DNA of 64,000 bases from Vicinamibacteria bacterium (GTDB lineage: Bacteria > Acidobacteriota > Vicinamibacteria > Marinacidobacterales > Marinacidobacteraceae), in assembly GCA_963668695.2 (NCBI GenBank), contig CAXXLQ010000004.1, positions 1,088,001 to 1,152,000 of the forward strand, in the 5' to 3' direction. Under the pieces are notes generated by a model, which worked only from the letters and a program-made list of their open reading frames with translations, made no database searches and had not been told where the DNA came from. Every line of letters begins with the position of its first letter. Position 1 is the stretch's first letter. Below are positions 9,965-25,267 of the stretch, one piece after another. The translations under genes were made by a program, and so were the position numbers.

Positions 9965-11089
9965 ATGGACTTCACTACTGACCGAGAAGCCCTCCTGGCT
10001 GAACTGAACCTGTTCGCCGGGGTGGTCGAAAACCGGCCGTCAGACCCCCTTTCCATGTTCTCCAACGTGACCTTTCGTCCTTCGGAAAACGGCTGTGAGC
10101 TGACTGCGTCGGGCGGAGAGATCGGTCTCAGGTCCAGCATTGCGGCGGAAACCACCGGTCAGGGGCTCCTTAGTGTGCCGGTGAGTCTGCTCGCCCGTTG
10201 GCTCAAGGAAGGACGCGACGAGAGCGTCTCGTTCCACGAAACGGACCAGAACTGGATCCAGGTCCGATGCGGCGGGAATGACACGCGCATTCCGGGTCGG
10301 GTCGGAGAACCGCCTTCACTCTCGGAGCCGCCGGTGGAACCGCTTTGTTCCCTGCCCCCGGCAACCTTTGCGACGCTGCTACGAGCTGGTTCCTATGCCT
10401 TCCCGGCAGCGGTGGATGCCTCGGTCGCGACTGCCGGGGCGCAGATCGAAGTCGAAGGGGCAAGTGTGCGGATTGTGTCCTCGGACCACTCGCGCCTGGC
10501 CTACTCGAGCGCCACTTTGGGTGAAGTGGATGGGGCTGCTTCCGGGGGCAAGCAGGCATTCGGGCTCAGCATGAAGGCGATTTCCGAATTGCAGCTGCTC
10601 GCGCGAAGCGGCGATGCGAGCATGCGCTTCTTCGACGGGGAAAATCACCTCTTTCTCGAATTCGGAAATCGGCTGCTCGTCTGCGCCAAGCTTGCAGATC
10701 GGCTGCCGGAGTACGAACACGTGATTCCGCGCGATTGCCCGGTCAGAGTCAGGACCAACCGCGCAGGACTGCTGGGCGCGGCCCAGGCCGCGTTGCCGTT
10801 CTCGACCGGAGATTTCAACCGGGCAAAACTCGAGATCGGCGACGAATTCATCCGGATCGACGTGACGTCGGTGCGCGGAGAAGCGATCTCGGAAGTGGAG
10901 ATTCTCGAAGGGTCGGGCACTCCCCTGACCCTCCACCTCAACCTCGTGCATCTACGCGACTTCGCCAAGAGCTTCGACTGCGGGGTGGTCGCTCTGGAGT
11001 TCAACACCCCAGACACTGCGTTCATCCTGCGTCCGGTGGACGAGGACGACGGCATCGAACATTTCTGCGTCGGGATGCCACTCGTTTGA
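9965..11089 (+). CDS. dnaN: DNA polymerase III beta sliding clamp (divergent)
   Basis: 374 aa after dnaA. Motifs LTASGGEIGL, IVSSDHSRLA, LPEYEHVIP and C-terminal CVGMPLV match clamp motifs loosely. Confidence 0.9.
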   Translation: MDFTTDREALLAELNLFAGVVENRPSDPLSMFSNVTFRPSENGCELTASGGEIGLRSSIAAETTGQGLLSVPVSLLARWLKEGRDESVSFHETDQNWIQVRCGGNDTRIPGRVGEPPSLSEPPVEPLCSLPPATFATLLRAGSYAFPAAVDASVATAGAQIEVEGASVRIVSSDHSRLAYSSATLGEVDGAASGGKQAFGLSMKAISELQLLARSGDASMRFFDGENHLFLEFGNRLLVCAKLADRLPEYEHVIPRDCPVRVRTNRAGLLGAAQAALPFSTGDFNRAKLEIGDEFIRIDVTSVRGEAISEVEILEGSGTPLTLHLNLVHLRDFAKSFDCGVVALEFNTPDTAFILRPVDEDDGIEHFCVGMPLV

Positions 11090-11118
11090 TCGGTCCGGCA
11101 CACCCCGAGCGCGGGTAA

Positions 11119-16489
<5,371 letters not shown>

Positions 16490-16493
<4 letters not shown>

Positions 16494-17245
16494 CCAGGGG
16501 ACCGGGCTGCCGCAAGTCTTCGGGCATGCGGTTCGCGGTCTTCGGGTTGGGAGTTTTCGCCGCGGTCGCGGGCTGCTCCTCCGTACCCGAGGAGGCGCTC
16601 CTCGAACAGTTCTTTCGCGCCGTTGCGCAGGAGGACCGGGTGAGTGTCGGCGGTCTTTCGATGGTGTCCTTTCCGGGAGGGCCGATCGAATCCTGGGAAC
16701 TCGTGGAGATCGGGCCCGCAATCGAAGGGCCTTACCGGGTCCCCGAACTCCGCGAAGAGGAGACTGCCGCAGCGGCCGCGCGCGACGAGCAGTTCAAGAT
16801 CTTCTACGACTTTCGTCAGGGAAACCGGGATGCCCTCGAGGAGATTCTCTTGCGCCGGGAACGGAACCCGGACGCCGCCATCGGAGGCCGGCTCGGGGAG
16901 ATTGCCGCCCAATTGGATGCCCACAACGGTGATCGCCGCCGGATGGTCCGTTCGTTGAGCGAAGTGCAGATGGCGCTCGATGAAGAACGCCGGCGCGCCC
17001 AGCGGAGCCTGCTTCGGGAGGCGCCGGTGGATTTCCTCACCGGAAACATCTCCGAGACGGAAGCCCTGGTCCGGACGGTGGAGGAAGGGAAAGAGCGGGA
17101 ATACCGTTTCAGCCTCATCCGCTACAACCTCCAAAATCAGTACGGTGCCGACGTGCTTTCCCGTTGGCTCATCGCCGCTATCGAGGCGCCGCCTGGATCC
17201 GAAGAAATCTCCACAGGAACCGGGGAAGGCGCGGCGTCCCGGTGA
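16490..17245 (+). CDS. Putative lipoprotein with coiled-coil region
   Basis: Signal and lipobox MRFAVFGLGVFAAVAGC (alternative ATG 16526). Overlaps gyrA and pyrE by GTGA junctions. Confidence 0.7.
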
Positions 17246-17808
17246 GCGGCGACCCCCGCACCTCGCTGCTTTCCATCCTGCGTCGGGAATCCGTGAGGTT
17301 CGGCGATTTCACGCTCGCGAGCGGCGCCAAGTCGAATGTCTACATCGACGCGAGACTCACGGTAATGCGCTCTGATGCCGCGGCGCTGGTCGGCCGGGTG
17401 CTGCTCGACACGATCGACGGCTGCGGCTTTGGGACGGCCGCCGCCGTGGGAGGCATGGCCGCCGGAGCGATCCCGTTGACGACGGCGGTGGTAGCGGAGG
17501 CCGGCGCCACCGGACGGGAACTCGCCGGTTTCTTCGTCCGCAAGGAAGCAAAGGACCACGGACGCGGAAGGCGCATCGAGGGCATCGAACACCCGCAGGG
17601 GGCGGCGGTCATCCTGGAAGACACCGCCACCACCGGCAAGTCCACCCTCGCGGCGGTGGAAGCCGCCCGGAACGCGGGTTTCGAGGTGACGGGAGCCGTT
17701 GCGCTCGTCGATCGCGGGATGGGCGCCGGCGAGCTACTGGCCGAAGCCGGCGTCCCCTACGCGGCGGTGTTCGAGCTCTCAGAGCTGACGGGTACGCCGG
17801 CAGACTGA
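17242..17808 (+). CDS. pyrE: Orotate phosphoribosyltransferase
   Basis: GDFTLASGAKSNVYID, VRKEAKDHG and the PRPP motif ILEDTATTGKS. Confidence 0.95.
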   Translation: MSGDPRTSLLSILRRESVRFGDFTLASGAKSNVYIDARLTVMRSDAAALVGRVLLDTIDGCGFGTAAAVGGMAAGAIPLTTAVVAEAGATGRELAGFFVRKEAKDHGRGRRIEGIEHPQGAAVILEDTATTGKSTLAAVEAARNAGFEVTGAVALVDRGMGAGELLAEAGVPYAAVFELSELTGTPAD

Positions 17809-17864
17809 CCCCGCGGCGCTCTGCGCGAGCGGGTGTTCTGCCGCCGCGAGGGTGCTGGCGGTCG

Positions 17865-20015
17865 CTAGACCCTTTCGAGCTTCGCGTATTCCAGCACCAG
17901 CCGTCGCCGCCCGTGGTACTTGAAGAGGACGGAGAGGCGTTTGCCGTCGGGATCCACCGTTTCGACTCGCCCGACTCCGAATTTGGGATGGCGCACCGTC
18001 TCCCCTTTTCGAAAGCGCCCGGTGGAGGGGGCCGCCGCGATGGGAATGGTCCGGGCGTCCGCCCGGGGCGTCTCGAGCATTTCCCGGGGGATCTCGCCGA
18101 TAAAGCGGGACACGCGGCCCCGCGAGCGCAAGTAGGGGGCGCCCCCCGGGGCCGCCGAGAGCTGCAGGCGCTTTCGCGCCCTCGTCATCCCGACGTAGAA
18201 GAGCCGTCTTTCTTCTTCCAGCTGGAGGTCCGATTCCAGTGAGAACATGTGGGGAAACAGCCCCTCCCAGAGGCCGGCCAGGAAGACGGAATCGAATTCG
18301 AGCCCCTTGGCGGCGTGGACCGTCATCACCGTCACTGGCGGAGCGCTGCGTTCCCCCGCCTCGTCGGGAACAAGATCTTCAGCCGATAGCAAACTCACCT
18401 GGTCCAAAAAGGCATCCATCGTCCCGTCCGGGTTCGAGCGTTCGAATTCCCGGGCGGCGCTCTGCAGGGACACCAGGTTCTCGAAACGCTCCCGGTCGTT
18501 TTCCTGGAAGAAAGGTCCGAGACCGGTGTCCGCCATCGCTGATCGGACCGCCGCTTCGGAACCCTGCGGGATCGCGCGCCGAACCGCCGCGATGCCCGTG
18601 ACGAAGGCGTGAAGGCCACTCAGGGCCCGGCCGGGGAGACCGCCCTCTGCGACGGTTCGCTCCGCCGCCGCAAAGAGGGGCGTTTCGTTCGCGGCCGCAC
18701 GCTCCTCGATCTGCCGAAGCGACTTCGGTCCCACGCCGCGCGGAATCGCCGTCACGGCTCGCCGAAAAGCGGAATCGTCGTCGGGGTTCGCGGCCACCCG
18801 GATGCAGGCGAGCGCGTCCAGCACCTCGCGACGCTCGTAGAAGCGGAGTCCGCCGACGATCAGGTGGGGAATCCGGTGGGCGGTGAACGCCTCCTCAAAG
18901 GGCCGGGTCTGGGCGCGGGTTCGGAGGAGCACCGCGGTCGAGCCCCGTCCCTCTCCCTGTCCCGCGATCTCGGTGGCAATGTGCTGCGCTTCGGTCGTTT
19001 CGCCCGGGAAGGAACGGAACGTGGCCCGCTTGCCCTGCTCCCCGAGCGGACGAAGCGTCTTGCCGTCCCGCCTGCGGTTGCAGCGGATTACCGCATTGGC
19101 GGCATCCACGATGGCGGCGGTGGAGCGGTAGTTCTCCTCCAGGCGGAGGACGCGCGCTCCCGGGAAGTCGTCCCGGAAGCGGAGGATGTTCCGGAAGTCG
19201 GCGCCGCGGAACGAATAGATCGCCTGGTCATCGTCCCCGACCGCGAAGACGTCTCGATGGGGGGCGAGCTTCAGGACCAGCCGGTGCTGGGTAGGACTCG
19301 TGTCCTGGTACTCGTCAATGAGCAAGTGGCACACCCGCCGGGCGACAAAGGATCGGGCTGCCTCTGACCTGTCCAGGAGTTCCAGGGTGCGAATCAACAG
19401 GTCGTCGAAATCCACCCCCTTCAGCTCGGAGAGCTTTCGCCGGTAAACGGCCGTCGCTTCCCGGACGGTGTCGCCCAGTCGGGGATCCCGCGGTCCACGA
19501 AACGCGACGCCGGCCGCTTCCGCGTTCCGGAACCGGGACACCAACTGGATGAGCCTGCCGAGCGGGAGCCGGGCATCGTCGATCTGGAGTTCTCGCACGA
19601 CCTGCCGGACGAGCGCGCGGCTCTCGTCGGCCCCGAACACCGGGAAGCCGGCGGCCAGACCGATGTCCCGGCCGAAGCGGCGCAGCAGGTTCAGGCCGAG
19701 CGCGTGAAAGGTGGAGACCCACGGCAGGCCTCCGCTTTCGCGCACTTCGGAACAAAGCGTCTCCACCCGCGTTCGCATTTCGCGCGCAGCCTTGTTCGTG
19801 AAGGTGACGGCGAGGATGGATTCCGCCGGCGCTCCGTCCACCAGCATGCGCCACCCGATCCGGTGGGTGATCACCCGGGTCTTGCCGGATCCGGCGCCGG
19901 CGAGCACCAGCGTGGGTCCGGGCGGCGCCGACACCGCCTGGCGCTGGGCGGCGTTGAGGCCGTCCAGTACCGCGTGTCCGGATTGCTCTTCAGCGAGCGG
20001 CGGGTCAGTCGTCAT
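17865..20015 (-). CDS. pcrA: ATP-dependent DNA helicase PcrA/UvrD
   Basis: LAGAGSGKTRV, TFTNKAAREM, IDEYQD, VGDDDQAIY, EENYRS, TVHAAKGLEF, EEERRLFYVGMTRA and a C-terminal Tudor-like domain. Confidence 0.95.
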   Translation of the reverse strand: MTTDPPLAEEQSGHAVLDGLNAAQRQAVSAPPGPTLVLAGAGSGKTRVITHRIGWRMLVDGAPAESILAVTFTNKAAREMRTRVETLCSEVRESGGLPWVSTFHALGLNLLRRFGRDIGLAAGFPVFGADESRALVRQVVRELQIDDARLPLGRLIQLVSRFRNAEAAGVAFRGPRDPRLGDTVREATAVYRRKLSELKGVDFDDLLIRTLELLDRSEAARSFVARRVCHLLIDEYQDTSPTQHRLVLKLAPHRDVFAVGDDDQAIYSFRGADFRNILRFRDDFPGARVLRLEENYRSTAAIVDAANAVIRCNRRRDGKTLRPLGEQGKRATFRSFPGETTEAQHIATEIAGQGEGRGSTAVLLRTRAQTRPFEEAFTAHRIPHLIVGGLRFYERREVLDALACIRVAANPDDDSAFRRAVTAIPRGVGPKSLRQIEERAAANETPLFAAAERTVAEGGLPGRALSGLHAFVTGIAAVRRAIPQGSEAAVRSAMADTGLGPFFQENDRERFENLVSLQSAAREFERSNPDGTMDAFLDQVSLLSAEDLVPDEAGERSAPPVTVMTVHAAKGLEFDSVFLAGLWEGLFPHMFSLESDLQLEEERRLFYVGMTRARKRLQLSAAPGGAPYLRSRGRVSRFIGEIPREMLETPRADARTIPIAAAPSTGRFRKGETVRHPKFGVGRVETVDPDGKRLSVLFKYHGRRRLVLEYAKLERV

Positions 20016-21126
20016 GGACCGTCTTCTGGAGTCCCGCGGGGGCGTCCACGTCGCGGCCGAGTTGCCGGCCGGCGAACAGCGCGAGCAATTGCAGGATGGG
20101 TGCCGCCGAGAAAGGGCGAAGCGATGGATCCCCCGCGGTGCGGATCGTGCGGCCGGCGTCCGAACCCGGTGCTTTGCCGGCGGCGCCGGCAGAAGCCAGC
20201 CGAAGCAGCGGCGCACCCGCATCCGACAGGGCGCGCAGCGACCGAACCTCTCCCGGCGAAGCGTGTCCCGCACCGGAGAGCATTACCACCGGCGTCTTCC
20301 GGTTGATGAGCGCGAAGGGGCCGTGGGCGAGTTCTTCCGTGCGCACTGCAATTGCGGGAACCACGGCCGTCTCTATCATCTTGAGAGCCCCCTCGGACGC
20401 CAGGGGCAGGAAGAGTCCGCTGCCCAGGAAGAACCAGGTTCGATCCGCTTGCACCGCACCGATGAAATCGTCAATGGCTGGCCCCTGCGCGATGGCCTCC
20501 CGAAGGAGGTCCGGAATTCGGTGCAGCTCCCGCATTCCCGCGGCCGCTGCTCCCGGGCACCCGGCAGCGGCCCCGGCAGCGCCGCATGCCGCGGCCCATT
20601 CGATTCCGAACATCCGGAGCGCGATGAGCGCGGAGGTGAAGGTCTTGGTGGCGGGGATTGCGCCCTCCGGCCCGGCCCGGGTGACGTAAGCGAGGTCCGC
20701 CCGCCGGACCGCTTCGCTCCCCGCTTCGTTCGTCACCACCACCCGGAAGATGTCTTCGTCCCGTGCCTGGTCGAGAAGACGGAGGACACTGCCCGTGGCG
20801 CCGGACTGGGTCACGGCCACCAGGACGCCGTCGCAGGCGTGCGCTCGGAGAGGCCCGTGAATCTCGCCCGCGGCCGAGACCGAGGCCGAAAGGCCCGCTT
20901 CCTGGAACCAGCCGGCCGCAATCTCGGCGGCGTGGCGACTGGTCCCGGAGCCGGCCAGCAGAATCTTCTCTCCGTGCAGCGCGGGCCGGCCTCGGAGACC
21001 GGCAACCCGCTCCGGAGCCTCAGCCTCCAGCGCGGCCAGGGTCGCCTCGGCTGCTTCCGGCTGTTGGTGGATCTCGAGCCAGAGCGCCGGTAGCGCGCGA
21101 CCGTCTGATGACGTGGAGATACTCAG
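20005..21126 (-). CDS. SIS-domain sugar-phosphate isomerase/deaminase (GlmS isomerase-domain-like, no glutaminase domain); start unclear
   Basis: WLEIHQQP, GSGTSRHAA, TQSGAT, PATKTFTS, EGALKMIET, ELAHGPFAL, DAPAGLQKTV. There is no ATG/GTG/TTG between the glmU stop and the first motif. Confidence 0.8.
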   Translation of the reverse strand: MSISTSSDGRALPALWLEIHQQPEAAEATLAALEAEAPERVAGLRGRPALHGEKILLAGSGTSRHAAEIAAGWFQEAGLSASVSAAGEIHGPLRAHACDGVLVAVTQSGATGSVLRLLDQARDEDIFRVVVTNEAGSEAVRRADLAYVTRAGPEGAIPATKTFTSALIALRMFGIEWAAACGAAGAAAGCPGAAAAGMRELHRIPDLLREAIAQGPAIDDFIGAVQADRTWFFLGSGLFLPLASEGALKMIETAVVPAIAVRTEELAHGPFALINRKTPVVMLSGAGHASPGEVRSLRALSDAGAPLLRLASAGAAGKAPGSDAGRTIRTAGDPSLRPFSAAPILQLLALFAGRQLGRDVDAPAGLQKTVHDD

Positions 21127-22376
21127 ACCTCGTCGGCGCCTTCGAAGCGGCCTTCCGCCCGACCCATCTTCACCGCCTGACGGCCTCTCGCGATGGCGAG
21201 CGCACCTTCCGGGACATCCTCGACGATTACTGAGCCCGCGGCGACGAAGGCCCGGCGACCGATGGTGACCGGGGCCACCAGGATGGTGTTGCTCCCGACG
21301 AACGCCCCCGGTTCTACCACGGTCCGGTGTTTCCCGCGGCCGTCGTAGTTGCAGGTGACGGTTCCGGCGCCGAGGTTGGCGCGAACGCCGATGTCCGCGT
21401 CGCCGACGTAGGACAGATGGGGGAGCGCCGCCCGGCGCGCCAGAACGGCGTTCTTGGTCTCCACGAAGCTGCCGGCGAACGATTCCGGCTCGAGCCGCGT
21501 GTTCGTGCGGATGTGAGCGAAGGGGCCCACTTTCGCTTCGCGTCCGATGGAGCTGCCGAGAAGGACCGAGTGGCTGAGGATCCGCGCCCCGGGCCCGATC
21601 TCGGTGTTCTCCAGCCGGCAGAAACTGCCCACCTCGGCGCCAGCGGCGATGGAGGTGGTGCCAGCCAGCCGCACCGATGCGCCGATTCGGGCCCCCGGCT
21701 CGGCGCGGCAGGAGGGATCCGCCCAGAGCGTGTCCGGATCCTCGACCAGCACCCCGCTCGCAAGGAAGCGCCGGGCGGTGAGGCGCTGGGACTCGCGGAT
21801 CGCCGCCGACCAGGTCGCGGCGTCCTGGATTCGGGTGTGCCCCGCCACCGCGGCCCCCACCGAACTCACGGGACCGAGGACCTCGAGGCTTTCCCGGAAA
21901 CCCGGGCGGACAGCAGGTGCGAGGGCGCCAGCGGTTCCCGCAACGGCCAGGATCTGACCGTCCGCGTTCTCGAGCCGCAGCGGAGCCGGTCCCGCCGCGT
22001 CCACCAGGCTGGCGAGTTCCAGCCCCGGGTTGGACACGGCGCCGGGCGCGAGGAGGACGCACCGCTTTCCCCGTCCCGCCGCCTGGAGAAGCGTCACCGC
22101 TTCCCCGGGGGTGACTCGGCGGGCGCCCGGCGCCTCAAGCGCGGAGGTGTCTCCACCGGGATCCGCCAGAACCAGCAATTCTCCCGCGTCCAGGGCGGCT
22201 GCCGCGCCGGCCGCCGCTTCGGCGACGGTGCTGCCGAAGAACGGATAGCGTCCGATCTCGGGAGTCGGGGAATAAACGAGCAGGAAGTCCATGGTCGAGA
22301 GAACTCGGCGCCCGGAGCCTCGGGCACCCCTCGGAGAAGCGGGCGGGTTAGCAGCGCCCGCCGTCAGCATCCCCAT
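21123..22376 (-). CDS. glmU: GlmU-like protein: intact acetyltransferase LbH domain, degenerate N-terminal uridyltransferase domain
   Basis: VGPFAHIR, GSFVETKN, HLSYVGDA, NLGAGTVTCNYDG, GAFVGSN. The LAAGxGTRM motif is not recognisable. Confidence 0.8.
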   Translation of the reverse strand: MGMLTAGAANPPASPRGARGSGRRVLSTMDFLLVYSPTPEIGRYPFFGSTVAEAAAGAAAALDAGELLVLADPGGDTSALEAPGARRVTPGEAVTLLQAAGRGKRCVLLAPGAVSNPGLELASLVDAAGPAPLRLENADGQILAVAGTAGALAPAVRPGFRESLEVLGPVSSVGAAVAGHTRIQDAATWSAAIRESQRLTARRFLASGVLVEDPDTLWADPSCRAEPGARIGASVRLAGTTSIAAGAEVGSFCRLENTEIGPGARILSHSVLLGSSIGREAKVGPFAHIRTNTRLEPESFAGSFVETKNAVLARRAALPHLSYVGDADIGVRANLGAGTVTCNYDGRGKHRTVVEPGAFVGSNTILVAPVTIGRRAFVAAGSVIVEDVPEGALAIARGRQAVKMGRAEGRFEGADEV

Positions 22377-22391
22377 CCCCCGGCCCGAATT

Positions 22392-23114
22392 CTACGTGGC
22401 CCCTTGCTTCTTCCGGCCTTCGGGCGCAACCACGAGGGTCATTTCGCCGCGCGGCGGTTCGCTCAGCAGCCGCCGGGCGAGCTCGGGCAGGGTGCCGAAC
22501 CGGTGTTCTTCGTAGATCTTGGTCATTTCCCGGGACACGGATGCCTCGCGGGGCCCGAGGAGGCCCGCGAGCTCTTCAAGGAGCTCCGCGGCGCGACGCG
22601 CCGATTCGAAGAAGACCAGGGACCCCGGGGCTTCCGCCGCACGCTCCAGGAACGCCCGGCGTTTCGCCCCGCGGCGTCCCGGCGGGAAACCGAAGAACGT
22701 GAAGGTGTCCGTCGGCAGGCCGGCGACGGAGAGGGCCGCGGCCACCGCCGACGGACCCGGCACCGTGCGAACCGGCAGATCTTCGGTCCGTGCCGCACGG
22801 ACCACGCGGTAGCCCGGATCCGAGATCAGGGGGGTTCCGGCATCACAGATCAGCGCCAGATCTTCGCCCGCGCGCAGCCGGTCGAGGAGGAATTCGACCT
22901 GCCGCGCTTCGTTGTGGTCGTGGCAGGAGACGAGGCGTGCGGTGAGGCCGAACCGGGTGCGGAGCCGCCGGGCGACGCGGGTGTCCTCGCAGGCAATCCA
23001 GGGAACGTCTCGCAGGACGGCAAGGGCTCGCGGCGACAGGTCGTCGAGGTTTCCGATGGGGGTCGCAACGACAAAGAGCGTGCCCCGGGTCCCCTCACCG
23101 GATCCGGTGTCCAT
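22392..23114 (-). CDS. rsmI: 16S rRNA C1402 2'-O-methyltransferase RsmI
   Basis: LFVVATPIGNLDD, IACEDTR, DAGTPLISDPG, REMTKIYEE. Confidence 0.95.
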   Translation of the reverse strand: MDTGSGEGTRGTLFVVATPIGNLDDLSPRALAVLRDVPWIACEDTRVARRLRTRFGLTARLVSCHDHNEARQVEFLLDRLRAGEDLALICDAGTPLISDPGYRVVRAARTEDLPVRTVPGPSAVAAALSVAGLPTDTFTFFGFPPGRRGAKRRAFLERAAEAPGSLVFFESARRAAELLEELAGLLGPREASVSREMTKIYEEHRFGTLPELARRLLSEPPRGEMTLVVAPEGRKKQGAT

Positions 23115-23197
23115 TCCGCGAACCGTAACCCGCTCGCCGGTCTTCCAAGGCAACGGGTACGGCGCAGGGTGTCCGTTTTGCCCGACAATGGTGCTCC

Positions 23198-24151
23198 ATG
23201 GACGACCGCACCGCGTGGACCGGGCGCCGGGTCCTCGTCACCGGCGCGGCCGGCTTCATCGGCAGCCGCCTCGCAACGCGCTTGTCCTCCACAGGCGCTC
23301 GGGTGACGGGTTTCGATCGGGTCCGCCACGATTTCCGCACCACGAACATCCGGTTCCGGCAAGGGGACCTCGGCGACCGGGAGGCACTCGGCGATGCGGT
23401 CGCCGAGGCCGAAGTGATCTTCCACCTCGCGGCGGCGGGCGGTCACCTGCGGAGCATGGATGAGCCGCGGGTGGACTTCGAAGACAACGTCATGGGGACC
23501 GTTTCGCTGCTGGCCGCGGTAGCGGAGCGGGCGCCCCGAGCGAGAGTGGTCTTCGCGAGTACGCGCCAGCTCTACGGCCCGGTCGAACGTTTGCCGGCGG
23601 GCGAGGACCAGCGGATTGCGCCGCCGGATGTTCATTCGGTCCACAAGGAGACCGCCGAGCATCTGGTCCGCCGTAGCGCCGCGGCGAGGGGCATCCGTTT
23701 CTCGATTCTCCGGCTGACGAACACCTACGGCCCCGGGCAACCGGCCGCCGGACCGTCGGCGGGACTGGCCGGCCGCTTCTTCGGAGACGCTCTGGCCGGG
23801 CGGGAAATCACCATTTTGGGAGATCCCGGGCTGCTGCGGGACTTCAACCACGTGGACGACGTGGTGGACGCTTGCCTGCGGGCCGGTTCTCCGGAAGCCC
23901 CTGCGGGGATCTGGAATCTGGGGTCCCTTCCGGTCCGTCTCGGGGAGTTTGCGGATGCGATCTTTCGCGCCCTCGGCGAAGAGCCGCGCGTGCGCGCCGC
24001 GCCGCTTCCCCCTGGCTTCGAGGCCATCGCGATCGGCGATTTCTATTCGGATTGGTCGGCGATCCGCCGCGACCTCGGCTGGGCGCCGCTGCGTCCGCTC
24101 GCCGGCGGGCTGGCCGAAACGGTGCGGGCCATGCGTGCCGCGACGTCATGA
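23198..24151 (+). CDS. NAD-dependent epimerase/dehydratase (nucleotide-sugar)
   Basis: VLVTGAAGFIG, RLTNTYGP, RDFNHVDD. The YxxxK motif appears as HSVHK. Confidence 0.88.
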   Translation: MDDRTAWTGRRVLVTGAAGFIGSRLATRLSSTGARVTGFDRVRHDFRTTNIRFRQGDLGDREALGDAVAEAEVIFHLAAAGGHLRSMDEPRVDFEDNVMGTVSLLAAVAERAPRARVVFASTRQLYGPVERLPAGEDQRIAPPDVHSVHKETAEHLVRRSAAARGIRFSILRLTNTYGPGQPAAGPSAGLAGRFFGDALAGREITILGDPGLLRDFNHVDDVVDACLRAGSPEAPAGIWNLGSLPVRLGEFADAIFRALGEEPRVRAAPLPPGFEAIAIGDFYSDWSAIRRDLGWAPLRPLAGGLAETVRAMRAATS

Positions 24152-25263
24152 AGGTTCCGTTTCAGCGCCTCGCGGCCGCTGGTGACCCCGGCATTCGGGA
24201 GGCCGTCGACCGGGTGCTCGCTTCCGGCCAGTTCGTCTTGGGCCCGGAGGTGGAAGCGTTCGAGCGGGCTTTCGCGCAGGCGATCGGCGTCGAGCGCGCG
24301 GTCGGGGTGGCGTCCGGCACGGACGCCATCACCATCGCGCTCGCGGCCGCCGGGATCGGGCCCGGCGACCGGGTTCTGACCACTGCGTTTTCCACCGGTT
24401 ACACGGCGCTCGGCATCCAGCACGCCGGGGCGATTCCGGTCTTCGCCGATGTCGAGCCGGGGAGCCTGTGCCTCGATGCGGAGGCCGTCGCCAGGACGCT
24501 CGAGACCCGGGACATCCGCGCGATCGTTCCGGTGCACCTCTTCGGGGGCGCCGGCGCCGGCTGGCGGAAGCTGGTCGACACCGCCGCCCGGCACGATGTT
24601 CCGATCATCGAAGACGCCTGCCAGGCTCACGGGGCACGCTTTGAGGGACAGGCTCTCGGGTCCTTCGGGCGGGCCGCGGCCTTCAGCTTCTACCCCACGA
24701 AGAACCTGGCGGCGCTCGGCGACGCCGGCCTGGTGGCGACTTGCGACGAACGCCTCGCGGCGCGCGCCAGGAGCCTGCGTTCGGGTGGGCAGCAAGCGCG
24801 CCACCATCACGCCGCGCCCGGCTGGAACAGCCGGCTCGACGAGATCCAGGCGGCGGTGCTCACCGAGCGCCTCCCCGGGCTGCTTGCCGGAAATCGCAAG
24901 CGGGCGGCCCTGGTTCTCAGGTACCGGGAGTTGCTCGCCGGGCTGCCCCTTCGGTTCGTGACCCCCGGCCCCGGCGTGGAAGGAGCCGCGCATCTGTTCG
25001 TGATCCGCACCGCGCGGCGGGATGCGCTTCGCCGGCGCCTCGCCGCTGCCGGGATTGACGCTCTCGTTCACTATCCGGCGGCGCTGACGGAACAGGCCGC
25101 CTTCTGGGGCGCCTCGGAAGCGGGGGACGAATGCCCCGAGGCGCGGGCGGCGGCCCGGGAAGTGCTGAGCCTCCCCCTCCATTCCGGCCTCTCGGACGAG
25201 GAACTGAGGCACGTCGCTGGCGCCGTCCGCTCCTTTTACGGCGACGGCGAGGTGTCAGAATAG
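24148..25263 (+). CDS. DegT/DnrJ/EryC1/StrS family PLP aminotransferase
   Basis: SGTDAI, IEDACQAHG, FSFYPTKNL, GWNSRLDEIQAA, LSLP. ATGA overlap with the epimerase. Confidence 0.93.
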   Translation: MKVPFQRLAAAGDPGIREAVDRVLASGQFVLGPEVEAFERAFAQAIGVERAVGVASGTDAITIALAAAGIGPGDRVLTTAFSTGYTALGIQHAGAIPVFADVEPGSLCLDAEAVARTLETRDIRAIVPVHLFGGAGAGWRKLVDTAARHDVPIIEDACQAHGARFEGQALGSFGRAAAFSFYPTKNLAALGDAGLVATCDERLAARARSLRSGGQQARHHHAAPGWNSRLDEIQAAVLTERLPGLLAGNRKRAALVLRYRELLAGLPLRFVTPGPGVEGAAHLFVIRTARRDALRRRLAAAGIDALVHYPAALTEQAAFWGASEAGDECPEARAAAREVLSLPLHSGLSDEELRHVAGAVRSFYGDGEVSE

Positions 25264-25267
25264 GCCG

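Noticed and set aside
20005-22062. 685-aa ORF as listed in the track
   Set aside because: The N-terminal about 310 aa is an alternative frame of glmU; only the SIS portion is credible.
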